The position numbers and the translations under genes are program-made. From positions 1-13,236 of the forward strand of contig JAEOTO010000018.1 of NCBI GenBank assembly GCA_016839805.1: a stretch of 13,236 bases of DNA, in the 5' to 3' direction. Position 1 is the first letter of the stretch. Every line of letters begins with the position of its first letter. This document shows positions 1 through 7,650 of this stretch, one piece after another. This DNA comes from Candidatus Hermodarchaeota archaeon (GTDB lineage Archaea; Asgardarchaeota; Hermodarchaeia; Hermodarchaeales; Hermodarchaeaceae). The notes beneath the pieces were generated by a model, which was not told the DNA's origin, made no database searches, and saw nothing but the letters and a program-made list of their open reading frames with translations.

Positions 1-719
1 CGTTCTCCATCACCTAGGAGAAATTGTTGATCGGGTTTGAGTCGGAGGGGTGCACTCGCGGCTATGGCTTTATTGTTTTCTAAGACGATGACGGCGTGGT
101 TGTCTTTGAGGACTCTATCTTTGAAGTACTGTTTCCAGGCGTCTTCCGTTGGAAACGCTTGTCGGAGAAAAGTATCGGCTTGGGCAAGTTCGATTAAGAG
201 TGGGAGATCTTTGATGGTGGCTTTCCGACTTGTGAAGGTGTTGTCTGTTTTAGATTGTTTCCAGGTACTGACATCGCTAATATCATAGTCGCGGTTATAG
301 CGGAAGACACGTTCTCCTTCGACAAAGCCTTGTTCTTTGAAGAATGCGAGTTGTTTGTCAACGATTTTGCTGGTCAGGACTACGGCGGTACGGATTTCGC
401 GGGTTTTTTTACGTGATTTGAGATAGGTAATCATGTCGTTGAAAAGTTGGGGTTGGACTTCTTTGGGGGCGTCAGGCATGGTCCAGGGGTAGCCGATGTT
501 GGTACGTCCGATTTCAGAATCCGAATCATAAGCAGTGATATAGCCTAAGGGTTCGCCCTTTTCGGTGAGAGCATATCGGGTCATTTTCGCTCCGCGGGTT
601 ATGTTGCGTTGTTCGATTTCTTCGGCGCGGGCTGGAAGCCCGGAGGCGGTTGTGTAGATTTTGGCTTGGATTTCGCCTAAGCCTTTATTGGGTTTGAAGA
701 TTTTATACTCGATTTTCAA
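1..719 (-). CDS. GNAT-fold acetyltransferase-like protein, probably tandem domains; runs off the left edge
   Basis: Absent from the ORF track because it has no stop in the window. Hand translation from TTG at 719 is open to base 1: MKIEYKIFKPNKG...GEPLGYITAY...NIGYPW...QLAFFKEQGF...SRKATIKDLPLLIEL... The F-x-x-x-G-F motif and a second R-K-A-T-x-x-D start are typical of GNAT domains. SD GGAGGT at 729-734 on the minus strand. Confidence 0.7.
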   Translation of the reverse strand, partial: MKIEYKIFKPNKGLGEIQAKIYTTASGLPARAEEIEQRNITRGAKMTRYALTEKGEPLGYITAYDSDSEIGRTNIGYPWTMPDAPKEVQPQLFNDMITYLKSRKKTREIRTAVVLTSKIVDKQLAFFKEQGFVEGERVFRYNRDYDISDVSTWKQSKTDNTFTSRKATIKDLPLLIELAQADTFLRQAFPTEDAWKQYFKDRVLKDNHAVIVLENNKAIAASAPLRLKPDQQFLLGDGE

Positions 720-745
720 AATGGTTCGACCTCCATGAGATTACT

Positions 746-816
746 TAATTGTTCTCATATTATGCGAATTTAATATCATTAAGTGTCTTATAATTATTGT
801 GGTATGAGAACAATTA
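746..816. repeat. Perfect 14-bp inverted repeat with 43-bp AT-rich spacer in a divergent promoter region
   Basis: TAATTGTTCTCATA (746-759) and its reverse complement TATGAGAACAATTA (803-816). Confidence 0.85.
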
Positions 817-924
817 GGGTTCAAAATTCAGGGAACATCACTAATTGTTTAGTATTAACGTAGGTCGTGTTTTGAATTTAAAAACGCGTTCCTTTAAACT
901 AATATTGGTTGAAATTCGCTTTTC

Positions 925-972
925 TTCTCATATGTTGATAGTGTTTTCGCACACTATGAGAAAGTTTATAAC
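925..972 (+). promoter_or_regulatory. BRE/TATA promoter of the DUF362-like gene, overlapped by an 8-bp inverted repeat
   Basis: GAGAAAAG-TTTATAAC (TATA 965-972) lies about 32 bp before ATG 1004. TTCTCATA (925-932) / TATGAGAA (955-962) reuse the core of the 746-816 repeat. Confidence 0.6.
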
Positions 973-1003
973 GTTTTAGCAACCCTTGGAATACGTGATT
1001 TAG

Positions 1004-1858
1004 ATGGAGCCAACAGTAGCAGTAGTAGATAGCGATTCTTTTTCCGAAGCCATTGACCTCATAGGCGGGCTAAGGGGGTTGAATACACCTAACCGCAGAG
1101 TAGTTGTGAAAGTGGGGATTTACAACCCTGAGACTGGAATTTGTACTACGGTGAAGGCTTTGAATGCAATGGCTGCTGTATTTGATAAGGCCTCCGTGGT
1201 TCGTGTGGTAGAGTCGGATAGTGGGGCAGGACCGGGGTTGGAACGCTTGCAGGTGTGGGCGGACTGTTTTAATGATCGGGTGGTTCCTTTCAATCTCTCT
1301 GATGACCCAGAGACCCGAGAGGTCGAGGTGGCAGGTGAAAGGGTTCCTTTTTCCCATATTCTGTTGGAGCCGAATACGTTTGTGAGCACGCATGTACCCC
1401 GGCGGTATGAGGAGGCGGGTGATGAGGATCTGATGAATATGGGTTTTGTTACTAAGAATCTGTTAGGATTGATTCTGGATACAAAGAAATTTCGATTCCA
1501 TGACCAGCTTCCGACGGCGTTGATTGACATGTATGAGGCGGTTGGTGGGATTGACTTGGCGGTATTGGATGCAACGCATGTCTTTCTGGGATGGAAAAAG
1601 AAACGAATCAGTGTGTCTCCAAAATTGCTGATCGTTGGTAAGGATGCCTTTGCGGTCGAGGCAGTTGGAGCTCACTTGGTGGGCTTTGACCCATTGGAGA
1701 TGCCTGTCCTACAGGAAGCTCAGAAGCGGGGATTGGGTGTAATCAACCTTGATGAGATCAATGTCATTGGTGATATTGAGAGCCCAAAACAGATGGTATT
1801 GAAAGCGTTTAGGGGATTATTCCTAAAGAAGGAACGTAGGGCGCGGGGATGGGATTAG
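1004..1858 (+). CDS. DUF362-like protein (divergent)
   Basis: 284 aa. VVVKVG, VVES, TKNLLG, DLAVLDA and LLIVGKDAFAVEAVGAHLVGFDP...LQEAQKRGLG resemble DUF362 family motifs. Confidence 0.7.
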   Translation: MEPTVAVVDSDSFSEAIDLIGGLRGLNTPNRRVVVKVGIYNPETGICTTVKALNAMAAVFDKASVVRVVESDSGAGPGLERLQVWADCFNDRVVPFNLSDDPETREVEVAGERVPFSHILLEPNTFVSTHVPRRYEEAGDEDLMNMGFVTKNLLGLILDTKKFRFHDQLPTALIDMYEAVGGIDLAVLDATHVFLGWKKKRISVSPKLLIVGKDAFAVEAVGAHLVGFDPLEMPVLQEAQKRGLGVINLDEINVIGDIESPKQMVLKAFRGLFLKKERRARGWD

Positions 1859-1910
1859 CGCTACATTGTATTTCTTTTACCGAGTAAATTGGTTTGAGAA
1901 TAATCTGCTA

Positions 1911-1937
1911 GACTGCCTGTTTTTTTAGGTGGCAGTC
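1911..1937. terminator. Hairpin with T-tract loop between convergent genes; possible terminator
   Basis: GACTGCC (1911-1917) / GGCAGTC (1931-1937) with a T7 run in the loop, between stops at 1858 (+) and 1997 (-). Confidence 0.4.
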
Positions 1938-1996
1938 ACTTCTAGTTTCTTGTTACGCTTACCAATAGAAGCACATTGCGTGGCGTCACTGGTTAG

Positions 1997-2407
1997 TTAT
2001 GCAAAGTCCATTTCTAGGCGTTTGATAGCTGTATGAAGAAGGGTTACCGCTTCATCGTTTTTGTTTTGTGCTATTAGGAGTACAGCTTTTTCGAATTCAG
2101 CAAGGGAGGTGGTGATTTCGCGCCAGTAGGGGTTTTGTTTCATGGATAATGCGATGTCCACGGGCATTTGGTAGCGTCGATGTAGCCATCCGATTATTGC
2201 TGCAAGGGGGATGTATATTACGAGGAATATGAAGAGGAAATGAAGGAGTGTCGGGAAGATGACTAGTACACCGGGGATGTTGACTAATACGAGTTCATAG
2301 ACGAGAATGCTGAAATTCATGAATGCGAGGAAGTATACGAGATAGGTTCCGTGTCCGGTTCGGAAGTCTGCCCAACGGCGTTGAAAGAAGCCTTTTTTCC
2401 TTGTCAA
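1997..2407 (-). CDS. Hypothetical membrane protein (about 2 TM helices)
   Basis: 136 aa with TTG start and an AGGTGA SD about 8 nt upstream. Basic N-terminus, two hydrophobic segments and a helical C-terminus. Confidence 0.75.
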   Translation of the reverse strand: MTRKKGFFQRRWADFRTGHGTYLVYFLAFMNFSILVYELVLVNIPGVLVIFPTLLHFLFIFLVIYIPLAAIIGWLHRRYQMPVDIALSMKQNPYWREITTSLAEFEKAVLLIAQNKNDEAVTLLHTAIKRLEMDFA

Positions 2408-2558
2408 TATGAGGTCACCTAGTGCGTCTAATGTATTGATGCCTATTTCTGTGTTTTACTAGTGTTGGCAGTTTCTCAAATATCAAAAAATTGTGGTAGT
2501 AGAAGGTTTTTTTAGCAGAAGTGTTTCATAGGTGTGACCCACTGGAGTGTGCGCCACT

Positions 2559-3680
2559 GTGGTGCTTGAAGCAATCATAACCGTCCTCATGATCATCATT
2601 TTCCCTGGCTTCCTCTTCTTGATGGGTTATGCCTTTTACCTCGAATGGGTAGACAGAAAATTCTATGCCGATCAACAACACCGAATCGGTCCCGTATATA
2701 CTGGTTGGCGTGGAATCCTCCAACCATTCGCTGACTTTGTAAAACTCATGGCCAAAGAGGATATCACCCCCGCAGCTGCGGACAAAATCGGGTTTACCCT
2801 CACACCCATCCTAGCTTTAGCAATTCCCCTGACGACCCTGATGCTCGTTCCCATTGCTGGTTTGACCGGTATTATGTACTTTGAAGGGGACCTGCTCATG
2901 ATTGGATTCTTTAGCACCATGTTTTCCATGATGCTGTTCATTGCAGGTTGGTCGTCTTCGAATCGGTTTGGCTTTACTGGTGCAGTGCGCGGTGTCATCC
3001 AAATGCTCGCCTACGAAATTCCTCTGCTCCTTGCACTCTTTGCCGCGGGTATGGTGGCTGGTAGTCTGAGTCTCACTGGTGTGGTGATCTACCAAGCCAA
3101 TCTTGGCCTTCCTCTTATCTTGCATCCCGCTTTTCTTGGTCTCTTCATCGTCTTCATCTTAGCGGCACAGGCTGAAGCAGAGCGTATTCCCTTTGACGCG
3201 CCAATTGCTGAGACCGAAATTGTCGGTGGCTGGGAAACCGAATATTCTGGCAAGAAACTTGCTTTCTTCCGCCTTTCTAATGATTTTGAAGTCTTACTCG
3301 CAGCAGCTTTAGGTGCTGCCATCTTCCTTGGAGGTCCTCTTGGACCAGAAATCTTGGCTGTTTTTATCAACAATGGCCTCTGGGCACCCGTCACCATCGC
3401 TTCAGGCGAATACCTTATCTATATCCAACAATTCATGCCCTGGCTGCTCAACCCCTTCATCGCCGGTGTTTACTACACCTTCTGGTTCATCCTGAAAACC
3501 ACCATCCTCGTCCTAATCCTCTCCAACATGAAAGCCCTCTTAGCCCGTTGGCGCATTGACCAAATCATCCACACCAGCTGGAAATGGGTCATCCCCTTCA
3601 GCCTCATCATGGTAGGCATAGTTCTTGCCTGGCCATGGGTGATGAACTGGTTCCTCCCCCTCGTCGGAATCGTCCCATAA
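2559..3680 (+). CDS. nuoH: Complex I subunit 1 / NuoH family membrane subunit (complex I-like or group 4 hydrogenase)
   Basis: DRKFYADQQHRIGP, GILQPFADFVKLMAKED, QMLAYE, RIPFD..AETEIVGGWETEYSG and RWRIDQ..W motifs. Start probably GTG 2559 or 2562 after GGAGTG (2544-2549); the ORF track starts at 2547. Confidence 0.92.
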   Translation: MVLEAIITVLMIIIFPGFLFLMGYAFYLEWVDRKFYADQQHRIGPVYTGWRGILQPFADFVKLMAKEDITPAAADKIGFTLTPILALAIPLTTLMLVPIAGLTGIMYFEGDLLMIGFFSTMFSMMLFIAGWSSSNRFGFTGAVRGVIQMLAYEIPLLLALFAAGMVAGSLSLTGVVIYQANLGLPLILHPAFLGLFIVFILAAQAEAERIPFDAPIAETEIVGGWETEYSGKKLAFFRLSNDFEVLLAAALGAAIFLGGPLGPEILAVFINNGLWAPVTIASGEYLIYIQQFMPWLLNPFIAGVYYTFWFILKTTILVLILSNMKALLARWRIDQIIHTSWKWVIPFSLIMVGIVLAWPWVMNWFLPLVGIVP

Positions 3681-3698
3681 GGAGTGTGAAAACAAAAC

Positions 3699-4094
3699 AT
3701 GCCACGACCAGGAGCAATGCAAACAGAAATTCTCGGCACTGTCCTCAGACGAAAAACCGCTACGATACGCTATCCATTCCAAGAAGCCGTCCGCCCCGAA
3801 CGCCTCCGCGGTAAAATCGAACACGACATCGAAAAATGCACCGGCTGTGGCCTTTGCAGCAGGGATTGCCCTGCCACAGCTATCACCATGGTAGAATCCA
3901 CGAAAACCAAGACTAAAAAGAAACCTGAATTCCGATTTGACCGCTGTATATTCTGTGGAACATGCGAAGCAGTTTGCCCGAAGAAAGCAATTACGATGTC
4001 GACATCCTTCGAGATGGCGGCCTTTGATTTAAAGGATGAGAGTCTTATTGTAGTGTCAGAAGATCCAGAGCCCGCGGAGCAGGCTGAAGAATAG
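3699..4094 (+). CDS. nuoI: NuoI-like 2x[4Fe-4S] ferredoxin subunit
   Basis: ATIRYP..RLRGK plus CTGCGLCSRDCP and CIFCGTCEAVCP. Follows nuoH after 18 bp with an AGGAG SD. Confidence 0.88.
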   Translation: MPRPGAMQTEILGTVLRRKTATIRYPFQEAVRPERLRGKIEHDIEKCTGCGLCSRDCPATAITMVESTKTKTKKKPEFRFDRCIFCGTCEAVCPKKAITMSTSFEMAAFDLKDESLIVVSEDPEPAEQAEE

Positions 4095-4128
4095 TTTCTT
4101 CATACTAACGTTTCATTGGATTGTGGCG

Positions 4129-4995
4129 TTAGTGTTGTCCTTTTAGTCGTTCCAACAGTCGGTCCACGACGTGTTGGAAGGCTTCAGCGACGGGGGATTT
4201 GGCGTCGGTGACAATGAAGGGTCTACCTTCATCAGAGAGTAGCATAACCCGTGGATCGAAGGGAAGATCGCCCAAATAGTAGAGGTTGAGGTCTTTGGCG
4301 GCTTGCTTACCGCCGCCTTTGCTAAAGATGTTGGTGACTTCGCCACAATGGGGGCAGTGGAAGCCAGACATGTTTTCGATGAGACCAAGAATGGGAACAC
4401 TCATTTGGCGGACCATATTAGCAGCTTTTCGGGAATCGAGGAGGGCGACTTCTTGGGGTGTAGTGACGATGATGACGCCGTCGAGATCTGAGAGGAGCTG
4501 CATGATGCTAAGGGATTCATCGCCTGTACCAGGTGGAAGGTCGATGATGAGGTAGTTGAGGTTACCCCAATTGACTTTCGAGAGAAATTCACTGATGATC
4601 TTCATTTTAAGGGGCCCTCGCCAGATGACGGGAGTGTCAGCTGTTTGGAGTAGGAATTCCATGGAAACTATAAGGACATTTAGTGGTCCAACGACGGGTT
4701 CCAACCCTTTATCACCGCCGACCATTCGGGCACCTTCCATGCCGAGCATTTTGGGGACATCTGGTCCGTGGATATCAGCATCAAGAATACCGACGGTGTT
4801 TCCCTTCCACGCGAGGGCTGTAGCTAAATTTACCGCTACTGTTGATTTTCCGACGCCTCCTTTTCCGGAGAGGATGACGATTTTGTGTTTGATGTGGCGC
4901 ATCCGCTCTGCAATTTCTTGCTCTGCACTGGTTTGGGCACCAACTTTAAGGTCTTTAGGAATTGTCCCAGATGGGTTTGTGGGTTGTTTAGCCAT
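4129..4995 (-). CDS. mrp: Mrp/NBP35/ApbC family Fe-S cluster carrier ATPase
   Basis: SGKGGVGKS, DADIHGP, VIWRGP, DLPPGTGD, VTTPQ and ENMSGFHCPHC. Start probably ATG 4995 (MAKQ...), since a TATA-like GAAGGTTAAAGG lies just above 5052; the ORF track extends to 5052. Confidence 0.93.
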   Translation of the reverse strand: MAKQPTNPSGTIPKDLKVGAQTSAEQEIAERMRHIKHKIVILSGKGGVGKSTVAVNLATALAWKGNTVGILDADIHGPDVPKMLGMEGARMVGGDKGLEPVVGPLNVLIVSMEFLLQTADTPVIWRGPLKMKIISEFLSKVNWGNLNYLIIDLPPGTGDESLSIMQLLSDLDGVIIVTTPQEVALLDSRKAANMVRQMSVPILGLIENMSGFHCPHCGEVTNIFSKGGGKQAAKDLNLYYLGDLPFDPRVMLLSDEGRPFIVTDAKSPVAEAFQHVVDRLLERLKGQH

Positions 4996-5143
4996 CTTTA
5001 TGCTCACATTCCAAAGTATCGAGTGATTTAGGTGGTCCTTAATGGGGGACACCTTTAACCTTCCGCATCCGTTAAGCTGGCATAAGGCTCAAAAGTGCAA
5101 TAGTTGCTATTGAGTACCTATCATTGTTCATGGAGCTATTTGT

Positions 5144-5842
5144 ATGGTGAAAGTAATTGGTCATCGCGGAAGTGGCAGTGGTCCATTGGAGAATACGTTG
5201 CAAGGAATGAAACTGGCCTTGGCGTGGGGTGTGGATGGTATTGAATGCGATGTTCAAAGTTCTCAGGATGGCGAGCTTATAGTATTTCATGATAGTTCCT
5301 TGGATCGCTTAACAAACGGAACCGGGCTAGTGGCAGAGCATTCGTTAGAAGAATTGAAACAGCTCAAAGTCAGCAACCAAGATAGAATTCCAACTTTAGC
5401 TGAATTACTTACACTGCTTAAACCCCATCGCGATTTGATAATCGACATTGATATCAAAGTTCAAGATATCGAAGCAGAGATTCTGAAAGAACTTCAAACT
5501 CAAGACGTGATTGACCGGACAATTCTCTCCTCTAAGGCTACACAGATTATGCGGAAGATACGTGACTTGAACGCAACCATCGAAACTGGTTTGATATATG
5601 AGTATAATTATGAAGACCCAATTAGTATTGCAATTGATATTGGATGTAAGGCCCTCTTTCCTAGACTCGATTTGGTTTCAAAAGAGCTCGTTCATGCGTG
5701 TAAACAGAATGGTTTGAAGTTGAATCCATGGTCAATCAATTCAGAAGAAGATATGCTCCGATTTATCAACTTGGGTGTTGATTGGATAATTACCGATAAT
5801 CCACAACGGTTGCTCAAAATTCTTGATCGAATGGATAGGTGA
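5144..5842 (+). CDS. Glycerophosphodiester phosphodiesterase (GDPD, UgpQ/GlpQ family)
   Basis: VIGHRG, LENT, IECDV, VFHD..LDRLT, IPTL.E and GVDWIITD.P motifs. Confidence 0.92.
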   Translation: MVKVIGHRGSGSGPLENTLQGMKLALAWGVDGIECDVQSSQDGELIVFHDSSLDRLTNGTGLVAEHSLEELKQLKVSNQDRIPTLAELLTLLKPHRDLIIDIDIKVQDIEAEILKELQTQDVIDRTILSSKATQIMRKIRDLNATIETGLIYEYNYEDPISIAIDIGCKALFPRLDLVSKELVHACKQNGLKLNPWSINSEEDMLRFINLGVDWIITDNPQRLLKILDRMDR

Positions 5843-5846
5843 TATT

Positions 5847-6914
5847 ATGCGAAAGTTACTTCATGAGCTGGTGTTAGCTGATGCGCCTCCTGGTCGTGAA
5901 TGTGAAGTTCGTGATATCATGATTCGCGAAGTCGAACCGCTTGTTGATGATCTGCATGTGGATGCTTTGGGAAACGTAATTGCTCGACGGAAGGGTATAA
6001 CCAAAAAGACTTTCATGCTGGTGGCGCATCAGGATGAGGATTGGGCCTTACTGATTACCCACATCGATGAATTAGGATTTCTTCGATTTACGCGTCTGGT
6101 AGGGCACCGTTGGAATCTTCTTGGACAACGAGTATTAGTTCATGGAACAAAAGGGAAAAAACAAGGAGTTGTCGGGTTACCTGCACCTCATCTTATTCCG
6201 GTGAAGGAACAACAACGGGGGTATCGACCCGAATTCGACAAAATGTTCATAGATTGCGGAACTAAAACTGCTGATGATGCTCAAGAGATCGGATTGGAGG
6301 TTGGACAATATGTGACTGCTGTGAAGCATTTTGGTGAACTCGCGAATAACCGGTTAATCGGTAATTGTTTTGATAACCGAGCTGGTCTAGTTGCGATGAT
6401 TGAAACACTGCGACGCACACATCAACAGGATCTGGGCATGAACCTTGTTGCGGTCGCTTCGGTTCAAGAGGAATTAGACACTCGGGGAGCTCGACCTGCA
6501 GCGTTTGCTATTGAGCCGGATTATGCAATTGCTTTGGATGTTTCAGCAACTGGTGATCACCCTAATATCAAGGAGGATCTCATTCCAGTGAAACTAGGAC
6601 AGGGACCCACCTTGCTTAAAGCAGATCAACATCATGTTACCTCTCAACTTCTTAATGCTTGGATAACATCGCTAGCGGAAAAGCATCAATTTCCTTTACA
6701 AGAAGTTGTATTACGAACCCCGATACACTTTGGTACTGATGCAGCTGCTGTTGAGTTAGAAAAATCAGGCAGTATGACTACAGCGTTACTTGTGCCCACC
6801 CGGTATTTCCATACCACAAATTCAGTTATTGACTATTCTGATCTTGAAATCTTAGTCCAGCTCTTAGTAAAATGCCTTGAATCCCTCGACCAACTAGCCA
6901 AGGGGAAGGACTAA
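5847..6914 (+). CDS. M42 family metallopeptidase (TET aminopeptidase-like)
   Basis: DALGNVIA, AHQDE, FDNRAG, VQEE, ALDV, GTDA and PTRYFHT. Start ATG 5847, with the AGGTGA SD overlapping the GDPD stop; the ORF track starts at 5823. Confidence 0.9.
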   Translation: MRKLLHELVLADAPPGRECEVRDIMIREVEPLVDDLHVDALGNVIARRKGITKKTFMLVAHQDEDWALLITHIDELGFLRFTRLVGHRWNLLGQRVLVHGTKGKKQGVVGLPAPHLIPVKEQQRGYRPEFDKMFIDCGTKTADDAQEIGLEVGQYVTAVKHFGELANNRLIGNCFDNRAGLVAMIETLRRTHQQDLGMNLVAVASVQEELDTRGARPAAFAIEPDYAIALDVSATGDHPNIKEDLIPVKLGQGPTLLKADQHHVTSQLLNAWITSLAEKHQFPLQEVVLRTPIHFGTDAAAVELEKSGSMTTALLVPTRYFHTTNSVIDYSDLEILVQLLVKCLESLDQLAKGKD

Positions 6915-6942
6915 TGCCGAATCAGCGAAATGGCGTGTCAGG

Positions 6943-7494
6943 CTATTCAATGAGCCCCAAATCACGCATATGATCTGCCAGGAGATAAATGGCTTTCCTG
7001 GTGATGGACTCTTTGTTGGTTCCCGCACAGACTATCCGACCGCTGCTAAAGATGAGGAAGACCGCCTTGGGGGTTTTCATTCGGTAGATAAGCCCGGGGA
7101 AGACTTCGGGTTCATACAAACAGCGTTCTAGTGCCATCTGCGCCATGTCCAGGTCAACCCGACTGTGCAAGTCGCCACTGGCGACGATGTTTTGAATAGT
7201 AATTTTCGGCGTGCCACTAACTGTAATGCCGGCTTTACGGATTTTAGCAATCACATTTTCGACGGCTTTTTCGGCTTCACTTTCCCGGCGTAGACCAGTT
7301 ATAACCATACGACCACTATTGAAGACGAGAATGGTGGCTTTTGGATTTTTCACACGTAACATTAACCCAGGGAATTGTTCAGGGTTATATTCAGCATCAC
7401 GTTGTTTACGGGCAAGAAGATTTAGATCTATTTTCGCATCAACTTCGACGCTGGCAACTACATTTTCAATTTTATATTTCGGCCTCTTAGTCAC
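6943..7494 (-). CDS. tbp: TATA-box-binding protein
   Basis: Two TBP repeats: IENVVAS..YNPEQFPGL..LVFNSGRMVITG and IQNIVAS..YEPEVFPGLIYR..LIFSSGRIVCAG. Start probably GTG 7494 with SD GGAGGTG at 7501-7507; the ORF track uses ATG 7527. Confidence 0.97.
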   Translation of the reverse strand: MTKRPKYKIENVVASVEVDAKIDLNLLARKQRDAEYNPEQFPGLMLRVKNPKATILVFNSGRMVITGLRRESEAEKAVENVIAKIRKAGITVSGTPKITIQNIVASGDLHSRVDLDMAQMALERCLYEPEVFPGLIYRMKTPKAVFLIFSSGRIVCAGTNKESITRKAIYLLADHMRDLGLIE

Positions 7495-7526
7495 GAAGGA
7501 CACCTCCCAGTCCAGCTGAGTGTGCA

Positions 7527-7556
7527 TTTATAAACCGTTTATAAACTCTTTATAAA
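7527..7556. repeat. Three palindromic TATA boxes (TTTATAAA) at an exact 11-bp period
   Basis: TTTATAAA at 7527-7534, 7538-7545 and 7549-7556. Confidence 0.9.
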
Positions 7557-7568
7557 GCAGCGATTGCC

Positions 7569-7583
7569 CTTATAAACTTTTTA
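7569..7583 (-). promoter_or_regulatory. Predicted tbp core promoter (BRE + TATA)
   Basis: The minus strand reads TAAAAAG-TTTATAAG, the same AAAAGTTTATAA core as the promoter at 960-971. Confidence 0.65.
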
Positions 7584-7592
7584 TAGTGTCCG
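7580..7592 (+). promoter_or_regulatory. Candidate TAM (TTTAT) plus seed target (AGTGTCCG) of the neighbouring omegaRNA guide
   Basis: TTTAT 7580-7584 is followed by AGTGTCCG 7585-7592, identical to 7806-7813. Confidence 0.65.
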
Positions 7593-7650
7593 GGAGAAGA
7601 TCTGGTCCTTCAAGGCTAGAATAAATCGCGGAGTTTAAATTGCTCAATCC

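Noticed and set aside
37-288. 83-aa + strand ORF
   Set aside because: Antisense shadow of the longer minus-strand GNAT-like frame (1-719).
1911-1939. Hairpin ending GGCAGTCAC as a second IS605 right end
   Set aside because: It lacks the upstream GCCTGTGG and GAAGCAGGAAG scaffold motifs, and its position between convergent genes fits a terminator better.
5098-5112. Palindrome CAATAG-TTG-CTATTG upstream of GDPD
   Set aside because: Single 6-bp-arm palindrome; could be an operator but is not distinguishable from chance.
7527-7587. TATA repeats as a mini-CRISPR array
   Set aside because: 8-bp units with 3-bp spacers are far too short, and there are no cas genes.
7594-7650. Peptide EKIWSFKARINRGV* faintly resembling the TnpB C-terminus (W-x-C..DRDxNA)
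   Set aside because: No Zn-finger cysteines, and several indels would be needed; too weak to call a tnpB pseudogene.
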